Positions 40,346 to 48,800 of a stretch of DNA of 64,000 bases are shown here, piece by piece (within the stretch, counting starts at the first letter, position 1; each line of letters starts with the position of its first letter). The stretch comes from Chthoniobacteraceae bacterium (GTDB lineage Bacteria > Verrucomicrobiota > Verrucomicrobiia > Chthoniobacterales > Chthoniobacteraceae). The stretch spans positions 8,784 to 72,783 of the forward strand of contig JBEBGD010000017.1 in NCBI GenBank assembly GCA_040081625.1, written 5' to 3'. The notes below the pieces were generated by a model. It was not told where the DNA came from, searched no databases, and saw nothing but the letters and a program-made list of their open reading frames with translations. The position numbers and the translations under genes were made by a program.

Positions 40346-40373
40346 TTGACGCTTCCGTATCGCGCGCCACAGT
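40346..40373 (+). promoter_or_regulatory. Putative sigma-70 promoter for the HTH gene and RNA cassette
   Basis: TTGACG (40346-40351), 16 nt, CACAGT, then ATG at 40383. Confidence 0.4.
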
Positions 40374-40382
40374 TGAGCGGTC

Positions 40383-40793
40383 ATGGACCATCTCGAATCT
40401 CTCACCGCACTAGAAAAACGTTACGCCGACGCGCATCGTGAATATGCTGATGCGCTGGCGCACGTTCGGTCATTGATCGCCCTGGAGAAGCGGCTTGATG
40501 GTGGGGCGTCTTCCCCCCTTTCTATTGTGATTGGCGATACTCCCCCGGCATCTTCCGACAACGTGCGGTCAGGCGACGAATTTGCATCGCTTACAAAGGC
40601 GGAGGCCGCCGAGAAATTGATTCGCGAGCGCGGCGATCTTCGAGTTGAAGCGATTTTCAATTCAATGAAGGCGCGCGGGCATCCAGTAGCGACCGTGCGG
40701 GCGCTGGCATCCATGCTGAGCGCGGATAAGCGATTCGCGCCGCGCGGTGGGGGCGTATGGGGTCTGCGCCAACCGGAGCTTTCAGCCGCATGA
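40383..40793 (+). CDS. Coiled-coil + HARE-type winged-HTH protein
   Basis: N-terminal amphipathic helix; C-terminal 'LTKAEAAEKLIRERG..F...GGGVWGL', the HB1/ASXL/restriction-endonuclease HTH pattern. Confidence 0.7.
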   Translation: MDHLESLTALEKRYADAHREYADALAHVRSLIALEKRLDGGASSPLSIVIGDTPPASSDNVRSGDEFASLTKAEAAEKLIRERGDLRVEAIFNSMKARGHPVATVRALASMLSADKRFAPRGGGVWGLRQPELSAA

Positions 40794-40831
40794 AAAAACT
40801 TTCCCCGGAGTGGTGCAAACACTCCGGGGAA
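40794..40831 (-). terminator. Intrinsic terminator (minus strand); perfect 12-bp hairpin
   Basis: TTCCCCGGAGTG-GTGCAAA-CACTCCGGGGAA; followed on the minus strand by AGTTTTTT. Confidence 0.65.
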
Positions 40832-40837
40832 CCAAGA

Positions 40838-40909
40838 CCTCGGTGTCCGAAGGCGGCGACTCCAACTCGCCGCCGGGAAGGGTCCAATCCTTCCGAGCAG
40901 GCGCCGGGG
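40838..40909 (+). ncRNA. Three-way-junction structured RNA (unnamed; C4/CI-antisense-like shape)
   Basis: P1 CCTCGGTGTC/GGCGCCGGGG (3 G-U pairs that form only on the + strand); P2 GGCGGCGA-CTCCAAC-TCGCCGCC; P3 GGAAGG-GTCCAAT-CCTTCC. Confidence 0.55.
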
Positions 40910-40914
40910 CATCC

Positions 40915-40990
40915 GCCACTATAGTTTAATTGCCGGTCAAAACACCCGCTTTGGAAGCGGGAGAATCGGGTCCGATCCCCGATAGTGGCT
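40915..40990 (+). tRNA. Non-canonical tRNA-like gene, anticodon TGG (Pro)
   Basis: Acceptor GCCACTA/TAGTGGC (7/7); T8 A9; D stem GTTT/AAAC with GG in the loop; anticodon arm CCCGC-TTTGGAA-GCGGG; T arm TCGGG-TCCGATC-CCCGA; discriminator T; no encoded CCA. Confidence 0.72.
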
Positions 40991-41016
40991 CATTTTCTAA
41001 AAATTGCAAGCGCGAC

Positions 41017-41727
41017 CTACCGGCCCTCGAACAATTCTGGCGCTCTGGGTTTGTGGCGCTCGTGCAGTTTGAAAACGCTCGCATAAAGCATCTCAAGTGA
41101 GGAGAGATTTATCCCGCGATACGTAAGGTCGTAGCGGATGCGCGCGAGGCGTATGGACGAATCCGCATCGGAAGGCAGAAGAACATCCCCATACATCGAC
41201 AGGTAGCTACATCCGATCCAGAAATTCAACCCGGCAGAAAAAGTATTCAGCTCCTCAATGGCAATCCCAGGAATGACAAATTGCCGAACGTAAACAGGCC
41301 TGAGCACAGCAACCCAAAACGAAAACGCTGCCGCTATCTTTGTCTTCCTGGGCGAGTCGGTGTTTATGCGGATACCGAGCTGCGCGACCTGTCTTTGAAT
41401 CTCGACTCGGGTCGGGTGTGGGAGCTTGCAATCTCCCTCCATCGCTTCCATCGAGGCAAAAAAACGATTCACGCCAAATGCATCCCGGTTAAAACGTCTA
41501 AATACCTCACGCAAGGCAAGATGATCGAACGCCAAGTGCCCTTTCAGTGCGGGGCAACTATCTCTGACATAAATGCCGGCCAAATTGACAAACGCTCCGC
41601 AAGCGTTAGCGGCCATCAGGGGGTTTTCCGCATCCAGCCGAGGATTAAAAACAATCTTGAGATTGTTGTTGATCTGCTGGTCTAGGGAGACATTTCCCTC
41701 AGCCTCGTTCTGGCTGTCCGAAGGCAT
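41017..41727 (-). CDS. Hypothetical passenger protein (possible degenerate Fic/Doc-like helical fold)
   Basis: 236-aa ORF, AT-richer than the host genes; 'KIAAAFSFWVAVLRPV'. Confidence 0.65.
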   Translation of the reverse strand: MPSDSQNEAEGNVSLDQQINNNLKIVFNPRLDAENPLMAANACGAFVNLAGIYVRDSCPALKGHLAFDHLALREVFRRFNRDAFGVNRFFASMEAMEGDCKLPHPTRVEIQRQVAQLGIRINTDSPRKTKIAAAFSFWVAVLRPVYVRQFVIPGIAIEELNTFSAGLNFWIGCSYLSMYGDVLLPSDADSSIRLARIRYDLTYRGINLSSLEMLYASVFKLHERHKPRAPELFEGR

Positions 41728-41739
41728 GAAATTGTCAGC

Positions 41740-42021
41740 CTAACCGACAAGATGTTTCCCAGAATCCCAAATCGTCCGCGCAAGCTGTTGTGTCACCCCG
41801 GTCGAAGTTTGCGCCTCAATTGAGTCGTCAAACTGTGTCTTGTTGTCGGGTTGGAATCCGGGCGTGTATGGGAGCGCCTCGAAAACCTCCTGAGATGGAT
41901 AATCCATCTCATCTGGAAACAAAGGTTGGTAGGGCATAAGGGCGCGCATTTGAGCAGTGCTGAATTTGGTGTCAACAAAGTTTATCGCAGGAAAGATGCC
42001 CTCAGGTCGTGTAGTTCTCAT
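41740..42021 (-). CDS. Small acidic hypothetical passenger protein
   Basis: 93 aa; its ATG overlaps the transposase TGA (ATGA); ends 12 bp before the next gene. Confidence 0.55.
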   Translation of the reverse strand: MRTTRPEGIFPAINFVDTKFSTAQMRALMPYQPLFPDEMDYPSQEVFEALPYTPGFQPDNKTQFDDSIEAQTSTGVTQQLARTIWDSGKHLVG

Positions 42022-42998
42022 TTGGTGAGTGGTTTATACGTGAGCCGCTTCCCCGCGCACTTCTTCAGCCCCTCAACGGTGCGTGCGCCGTCTGTGGTCT
42101 TGCGGTGGTCCCACTTGAAATCCGTTTCTCCAACGTAGCGGTGCAAATGCTTCTTCGAGACGTGGTGAAAGCTGCCGACAATCGACCGTTTGAGCAGGCT
42201 GAATGAGCTTTCCGCGTGGTTCGTCGTGGTGACTGTGCCGTCCGCCTCTTGCCGGCAGTATTCGCCCTTCGAGTGGTTCACCATGCGGTGCTTGTAGATC
42301 GTCTTGCTCAAACCCCGGTATGGCATCGCTTCATCGGTGTGGACGTTTGAGTCGTCGGCCACATTCTGAAAAATCGCCTCGCGCAAATTGCGGGCAGTGA
42401 CGTGCTCCATGACGAAGGACCGCTTGCTCCCGTTGCGCTGCACGAGAGACACAACGGCGGTTTTCGGACTGATCTTCGAGCGCACCTTTCCGCTCTCATC
42501 GACATACGGACGCGGCTTGCCGCCAACGTAAGTTTCATCAACCTCAACCGTCCCATCGAGCAAATTGGTGAACGCTGGGTCTTGCATCGCGTGACGGATG
42601 CGGTGGCAGAGAAACCACGCGGAGCGATACGAGCCGAGCCCAAGGTGCCGCTGCATTTGAAGCGCGCTCACGCCCTTCTTCGCGCCGGACATGATGAACC
42701 ACGCGACGAGCCAGAGATGCAGACCGATGTGGCTGCCCTCGAAGATGGTCCCGACCGTCACGCGGAATTGCTTCTTGCACGCGCCGCACTGCCACAGCCC
42801 GGCCCGCACGGTGCCGCGCTTGGCCGCGCTGATCTTCCAGTGCGTGCCCTGCTCTGCATTTGAGCAGTGCGGACAGACCGGACCATCCGGCCAGCGGATT
42901 GCCTCGAAGTATTCAAGCGCACGCTCTTCCGTGTCGAATCGCTTCATCAATTCCGGCAAGCTCAATTCGTCTGGCGTTGGCAGGAGCGGAGTTTTCAT
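42018..42998 (-). CDS. tnp: IS1595-family transposase
   Basis: Zn ribbon CPHC..CGAC; HTH 'KKGVSALQM'; catalytic motifs 'VEVDETYVGG', 'HTDE', 'TNHAESSFSLLKR'; TTGACA lies within the right TIR upstream of ATG 42998. Confidence 0.96.
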   Translation of the reverse strand: MKTPLLPTPDELSLPELMKRFDTEERALEYFEAIRWPDGPVCPHCSNAEQGTHWKISAAKRGTVRAGLWQCGACKKQFRVTVGTIFEGSHIGLHLWLVAWFIMSGAKKGVSALQMQRHLGLGSYRSAWFLCHRIRHAMQDPAFTNLLDGTVEVDETYVGGKPRPYVDESGKVRSKISPKTAVVSLVQRNGSKRSFVMEHVTARNLREAIFQNVADDSNVHTDEAMPYRGLSKTIYKHRMVNHSKGEYCRQEADGTVTTTNHAESSFSLLKRSIVGSFHHVSKKHLHRYVGETDFKWDHRKTTDGARTVEGLKKCAGKRLTYKPLTK

Positions 42999-43129
42999 GC
43001 GCCTAGATTGGCGAGCGTGGAACATTTGTCAAGTGCATAATCCCGACCTGACCGAATGGGTGAGATTTTCACTTAGCAAAAGCGGGCCACCCGGTTTACC
43101 TGCCGGGGAACCTCAACTCCCCAAAAGCC

Positions 43130-43687
43130 ATGTTCGGAAGCAAACAAAAGAAAAAAGCCGCCTGGGTCCTAGCCGCATTGGAGCGCTTCGAGCGCCCGCT
43201 GCTGCAGTATGCCCTGAGTATCGTGCAGGATCTGGATCGTGCGCGCGACATCGTGCAGGAGACGTTCATGCGCCTGCACAACCAGGAGCAGAAGAACATC
43301 GAGGGGCATCTCTCGCAGTGGCTTTTCACCGTGTGCCGCAACTGCGCGCTCAAGTGCCTCAAGAAGGAGGACCGCTACATTTACGTCGAGGAGCAGGAGT
43401 TTGAATCCAAGAGGTGCGAGAACCTGACGCCGGCCATGGAGCTGGACCGCAAGGAGCAGGTCGCGCAGGTGATGGAATACGTAAAAGAATTGCCGAAGAA
43501 CCAGCAGGAGGTCGTGCGCCTGCGCTTCATGCACCACCACAGCTACCAGGAGATCAGCGACATCACCGGGTTGAGCGTGGGCAATGTGGGTTTCCTCCTG
43601 AATGCCGCCATGCGGAACCTCCGGTCGAAGTTCGATCGCGAGGAGAAAGACGAGAAAATCATTTACCTGACCAAAGCAGCATCGTGA
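43130..43687 (+). CDS. ECF sigma-70 factor
   Basis: 'ARDIVQETFMRL', 'WLFTVCRN', 'LPKNQQEVVRL', 'SYQEIS'. Confidence 0.92.
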   Translation: MFGSKQKKKAAWVLAALERFERPLLQYALSIVQDLDRARDIVQETFMRLHNQEQKNIEGHLSQWLFTVCRNCALKCLKKEDRYIYVEEQEFESKRCENLTPAMELDRKEQVAQVMEYVKELPKNQQEVVRLRFMHHHSYQEISDITGLSVGNVGFLLNAAMRNLRSKFDREEKDEKIIYLTKAAS

Positions 43688-44271
43688 GAGGACCACTTTC
43701 AGACCAAGACCTGACCAATTACGCGCTCGACGAGTTGCTTCCGCGCGAGCGGATCTACGTCGAGTCGATGCTCGCGGCGTCCGAGGAATGTCGGAACGAC
43801 GTATGCGAGTCGATCGAGATGGCCCGCCTGCTCGAGCAGGGCTACGAGCGGGAGATCGTGGCGGCGGAGATGCGTGAGCTTTCGCTGCGGTCTGAGCAAC
43901 GGGCGGAATTGACCCGGCCTCATTTTACCGCGCGCTATTTTGTCCGCGACGTGGCGGCGGCGCTCGGGCTGGCGGCTTGCGTTGCGTTCACGATCACTCG
44001 CGTCGATGCGGAGTCGCTCATCGGCGCGCGCCATGCGGTGACGAAGGTGGCGACGGTTTCGAGCCAGGCTGCCGATACGATGTCCGCTGCCGCGCAATCG
44101 CCCGATGGCATCGACCTCGCCAAGGCGCTCGCGTCGCTGCGCGAGATGGCGGAGGAGAGTTTCATGCCGGTGGGCGCGGACGTTTTCACTGAGCCGCAGC
44201 CGATCTGCACGCCGCCGACGCGCCTCCTCGAGAGCGCACAGCTCGCGAGTTTCGGCGACATGATGCCCTGA
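43684..44271 (+). CDS. Putative anti-sigma factor
   Basis: GTGA overlap with the sigma gene; 'LTNYALDEL...ESMLAASEECR' degenerate ZAS-like N-terminus; one TM 'LGLAACVAF'. Confidence 0.7.
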   Translation: MRGPLSDQDLTNYALDELLPRERIYVESMLAASEECRNDVCESIEMARLLEQGYEREIVAAEMRELSLRSEQRAELTRPHFTARYFVRDVAAALGLAACVAFTITRVDAESLIGARHAVTKVATVSSQAADTMSAAAQSPDGIDLAKALASLREMAEESFMPVGADVFTEPQPICTPPTRLLESAQLASFGDMMP

Positions 44272-44299
44272 CGCGCCTCGCGCGCGGAAGCAGGTGGGA

Positions 44300-45721
44300 T
44301 TATTTGACGGGTGTGGCTTTGCCCGGTTCGCGTGCGGCGGTCGATTGGGTCTTCGTGAGCGAGTCTCCGAGTTCGGCGCGCATCGTTTGAGCGATGACGA
44401 GCAAGCGCGAAAGCTCGGCGGGATTCTTCGCGGCGACGTTTGTCTTTTCGCCGGTGTCGCTTTGCAGGTCATAGAGCTCGGCCTCGGTGATCTTCGCGTC
44501 GGTGTATTTGGCCGGGATGCCGCCGGTGCCGCCGGACTTGCCTCCGAGCGTGCGATAGGCGTGCGGCAGTTGGAGCTTCCAGCGACCGCTGGCGAGGGCC
44601 TGGAGTTGGTTGTTGGCGTAGTAGAAGAAATACGCCTCCTGCGGCGACTTCGCGCCGGGCGCGCCGGAGATGAGTGGCCAGCCGTCCTTGCCGTCGATCT
44701 TGCGCGGCGGCAGATCGGCGCCGGCGAGCTTCGCGATCGTCGGTAGCAGGTCGATCGTGCCGAGCGCTTCGTCGGTCGCGGTGCCGGCGGCGATCCTGCC
44801 CGGCCAGCGCATCACGCACGGCACGCGGACGCCACCTTCCCAGCAAGTGCCCTTGCCCTCGCGTAGTGGACCGGCATTGCCGCAGTGGTCGCCGTAGCTG
44901 AGCCACGGGCCGTTGTCGCTGGTGAAGACGACGAGCGTCTTCTCGTCGATCGCCTGCTCCTTGAGCGTGCGCAGGATTTCGCCGACCGACCAATCGACTT
45001 CCTCCATCACGTCGCCAAACAGCGAGCCGGTCTTGCCCTTGAACTTCTCGCCGACGAAAAGCGGCACATGGACCATCGAGTGCGCGAGGTAGAGGAAGAA
45101 CGGTTTCTTCGCGCTGCGCTTGATGAAATCGACCGCGCGTCCGGTGTAGATCGCCGTGAGCTTCGTCTGGTCCGCGGGAGTGACCTCTTCGTCGATGACC
45201 TTCTCGCCGTCGATGAGCGGCAGCTTCGGATACGCGCCCGGCTTCGCCTCGGGATGATGCGGCCACATGTCGTTCGAGTAGGGCAGGCCGAGGTATTCAT
45301 CGAAGCCCTGTCGCGTCGGGAGAAACTCTGCTGGTCGCCCGAGGTGCCACTTGCCGACCGCGCACGTCGTGTAGCCCTTCGGCTTGAGCACCTCGGCGAT
45401 CGTCATTTCGTCCGGGTGAAGGCCATTCGGCGAGCCCGGTCCGAAAGCGCCATGCACCCCGACGCGCCCGTGGTAGCACCCCGTCAGCAGCGCCGCGCGC
45501 GACGCCGAGCACACCGGCGACGACACATAAAAGCGCGTGAACTTCCGCCCCTCCGCCGCCATGCGATCGAGGTTCGGCGTGGCATAGCCCTTCGCGCCGA
45601 AGGGCCCGATGTCGCCGTAGCCGAGGTCGTCGCAGAAGATGACGACGACATTCGGCAGCTCCGCGGCGCGGAGATTCACCACAAAGGACACGAAGAGCAC
45701 GAAGCGGAGGAGGAAGCGCAT
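44300..45721 (-). CDS. Arylsulfatase A-like sulfatase
   Basis: 'DDLGYGD'; CSASR; 'GKWHLG', 'SDNGPW', 'EGGVRVP'. Start at ATG 45721. Confidence 0.93.
   Translation of the reverse strand: MRFLLRFVLFVSFVVNLRAAELPNVVVIFCDDLGYGDIGPFGAKGYATPNLDRMAAEGRKFTRFYVSSPVCSASRAALLTGCYHGRVGVHGAFGPGSPNGLHPDEMTIAEVLKPKGYTTCAVGKWHLGRPAEFLPTRQGFDEYLGLPYSNDMWPHHPEAKPGAYPKLPLIDGEKVIDEEVTPADQTKLTAIYTGRAVDFIKRSAKKPFFLYLAHSMVHVPLFVGEKFKGKTGSLFGDVMEEVDWSVGEILRTLKEQAIDEKTLVVFTSDNGPWLSYGDHCGNAGPLREGKGTCWEGGVRVPCVMRWPGRIAAGTATDEALGTIDLLPTIAKLAGADLPPRKIDGKDGWPLISGAPGAKSPQEAYFFYYANNQLQALASGRWKLQLPHAYRTLGGKSGGTGGIPAKYTDAKITEAELYDLQSDTGEKTNVAAKNPAELSRLLVIAQTMRAELGDSLTKTQSTAAREPGKATPVK
45675..45704. repeat. Nonamer tandem repeat (CAC[AG]AAGNN) within signal-peptide coding sequence
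   Basis: CACAAAGGA CACGAAGAG CACGAAG. Confidence 0.55.
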
Positions 45722-45764
45722 GGGACGTGGAAGCTGGCAGCGCTTTGCGTTTTCTCCGACTACC

Positions 45765-45806
45765 AAAAAGCAGCGGGGCCGAACATCGGATGACGTTCGG
45801 CCCCGC
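45765..45806 (-). terminator. Intrinsic terminator after the DUF1553 gene
   Basis: GCGGGGCCGAAC..GTTCGGCCCCGC stem followed on the minus strand by TGCTTTTT. Confidence 0.7.
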
Positions 45807-45835
45807 GGTAGTTTCCGGCGCTGGTGCGCCGCGGA

Positions 45836-48800
45836 TTAGTTCACGTAGGCGAGCTCGTTCGCGAAGAGCAGCGCTTGCGCGTAGGCTTCCCACGCGGTCT
45901 GCGGACGGCGCTCGACGGTCTCACCCTGGTTTTGGATGGGACCGAAGTTCGGGTCGCTCCGCTTCGGCTTGAAGCCCTTCGTGGATTTCTTGTCGGATTT
46001 CTCCGACTTCTCCGAGGCGGACGCCACGGGCTGCACGTCGGCGACGGCCGGCGTGCCTTCGACTTCCTGGATGAAGCTCCGCGCGATGGACATCTCCTGC
46101 GCCGACGGCATGCGCTGGAACATGATGCGATACATCCAGCGGACTTTCTCGTCGGTGCTCGTCGCCTTCACGATCTCCGGGCGGGCGGCGATCTTGCGCG
46201 AGATGTCCACGGCCATGGAGCTGTTCATGAGGAAGAGCGCCTGCTGCGGCACGACGGTGGTGGTGCGCTTGGAGTTCGGCATGTCGGGGTCGCTGAAGTC
46301 GAAGTTCTGCATCAGCTCGGGCAGGTTGCCGCGATCGACGTAGCCATAGACCGAGCGGCGGTAGCTGTAAGGCTCGTCGGTGAGGTTCACCGGCTTGCCG
46401 CCGATGGTCTTTTCGAGCTGGCCGCTGAAGACGAGCAGCGAGTCGCGCATCGACTCGAAGTCGAGTCGGCGGATGTTCGCGCGCCAGAGCAGGTGGTTCA
46501 TCGGATCCTTCGTCTCGTAGGCTTTGTTCGTCTCGGTGCTCTGCTGATAGACGGCGGAGAGCATCACGATCTTGTGCATGGTCTTCATGCTCCAGCCGCT
46601 CTCCATGAACTTCGCGGAGAGGTAGTCGAGCAGTTCGGGATGCGAGGGCTTACCGGCCATCACGCCGAGGTCATCGGGCGTGGTGACGAGGCCTTCGCCG
46701 AAGTGATGCATCCACAGGCGGTTCATCGCCACGCGCGCGGTGAGCGGGTTGCCCTTGTCGGCGATGGCTTTCGCGAGGTCGAGGCGGCCGCTGCCCTGGG
46801 TGAAGGGGATGGGCTTGTGATCGGGCGAGAGCACTTCGAGGAAGCCACGCGGGGCGATCGGGCCGCGGCTCTGCGATTCGCCGCGGATGAAGATCGGCGA
46901 GTCCTTCGGGTTCGGCTTGTCGGCCAGCACCATCGCCTTGGCGGGTGCGCCGGGATGCGTGATCTCGAGCAGGTTGATCTCGCCGAAGTTGAGGTTCGCG
47001 CGGCCCTGGATCTGGTTCGGCCACGAGAGGTAGCTCGACTCCATCGCGTCGCGGGTCATCACGCTCGCGGGTTCGATGACGAACGGTCCGCGGAGCAGGT
47101 CGATGAGTTCCTGGTCGAAGCCGTCAACGGTCGAACTCGTGGCGTTCTTCACGGCCGCGAACATTCCCTTGGCCTGCTCCTTCTGGGCTGTGATGAGGGC
47201 GGCGTAGATCTTGACGGCATCATTGACGCTCGTGGGCGGCGTCGCAGTCATGGCCTCGAGCACGAACTTGTTTGCGCCACGCGAGGAGGCTTGCTCGGGC
47301 ATCCGCCCGTATTTGCCCTTCTCCTCGCCCTTGGTGCTGGAGATTTTCCGGGAGAGGCGGTCGCTCATTTCGCTGCCGCGCTTGGCGAAGTCGGCGACGT
47401 CGAACTTGCCGCGTTGCTTGAGTTCGTAGAGCGGCGCCCAGACGCCGGGATTGGCGGCGAGGCCGCGGGCGAGGAACTGGACGAACTGCGGATGGAGGTC
47501 GTGCTTGCTGATGAGCTTGTTGCGCTCCTTGGTGGCGTCCGCGTCGCTGCCCTTGCCCTTGCTGGAAAAAGTGAGCGCGGCTTGTAGATACGGCTCCGGC
47601 TTCTGCCAGAAGTCGACCAGGAATTTCTCCATCCCGCCGTAATAACGGCTCTGCATCTCCTTCACGGCTGCGTTGAATTTCTCCTGGTAGTCGGCGAACT
47701 GATCTTTCTTCGACATCGCCAGCACCGGCCCGTGATCGGGCTCGATGACGCTCGCGAAGACGCCGTGCAGCGCGTAGTAATCGCGCGTCGGGATCGGGTC
47801 GAACATGTGATCGTGGCAGCGCGCGCACGACACGGTGAGGCCGAGGAGGCCTTTGCCGACGACGTCGATGCGGTCGTTGATGACGTCGTTCACGCTGCGG
47901 AAGCGCTCACCGACGGTGAGGAAACCGAGCGCGGCGAGGCGCGGGTCGCCGTCTTTCACGTTGGGCAGTTGATCCGCCGCGAGTTGCTCGATGACGAACT
48001 GATCGTAGGGCTTGTCGTCGTTGAACGCCTTCACGACGTAGTCGCGATAGGTCCACGCGTTCGGGAAGCGATACTCGGTCTCGCGGCGCGCGTTGCGTTC
48101 GCCGCCCTTGGTGTCGCTGTAGCGCGCGGTGTCGAGCCAGTGGCGGCCCCAGCGTTCGCCGTAGTGCGGCGAGGCGAGCAGCTTGTTCACGACCTTCGCG
48201 AAGGCGTCGGGCGACTGGTCCTTGATGAAGTCGGCGACTTCATACGGAGTCGGCGGCAGGCCGATGAGATCGTAGTAAGCGCGGCGGATGAGCGCTTCCT
48301 TGCCGGCCTGCTTGTTCGGCACCATGCCGTTGGCTTCGAGCCCCTGCGCGATGTAGGCGTCGATCGGCGTCTTGCACCAGTTGGCGTTCTTCACCGTCGG
48401 CACGGCGGGCTTCACCACGGGCAGGTAGGCCCAATGATGGCGTGCGCTGTCGGTCAGCCCGGTGAGCTTGGTCTTGGTCGCCTCGTCGGCGACGCGCGGA
48501 TCGGGCGCGCCCATCTTCACCCACTTCGTGAGCACGGCGATCTGCTCGTCACTGAGCTTCTCGCCCTTTGGCGGCATCTGCAGGTCGGCGTCCTTGTAGC
48601 CGATCGCGGTGATGAGCAGCGATTTCTCGGGATGGCCGGGCTCGATGACGGCACCGCTATCGCCGCCTTTTTGCCAGCCGTTCTTGGTGTCGAGTGAGAG
48701 GCCGCCCTTGACTTTGTTTTCCTCGAGCGAGTGGCACTTGTAGCACTGCGCGGAGAGGATGGGCCGGACCTTCGACTCGAAGAACTCGGTCTGCTCGCTG

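Larger units (their letters stand above)
39970..43045 (-). mobile_element. Complete IS1595-family transposon with passenger genes (3,076 bp)
   Basis: Left end CGGGATTATGCACTTCACGAAGGTTCCACG (39970-39999) versus reverse complement of the right end CGGGATTATGCACTTGACAAATGTTCCACG (43045-43016): 27/30 identical, extending to CTCGCC. Flanked by the direct repeat ACCTGACC at 39962-39969 and 43046-43053. Confidence 0.96.

Noticed and set aside
40915..40990. tRNA as an integrase attachment site for an island
   Set aside because: It lies inside the IS1595 TIRs, I saw no duplicated 3' end, and no integrase is present.
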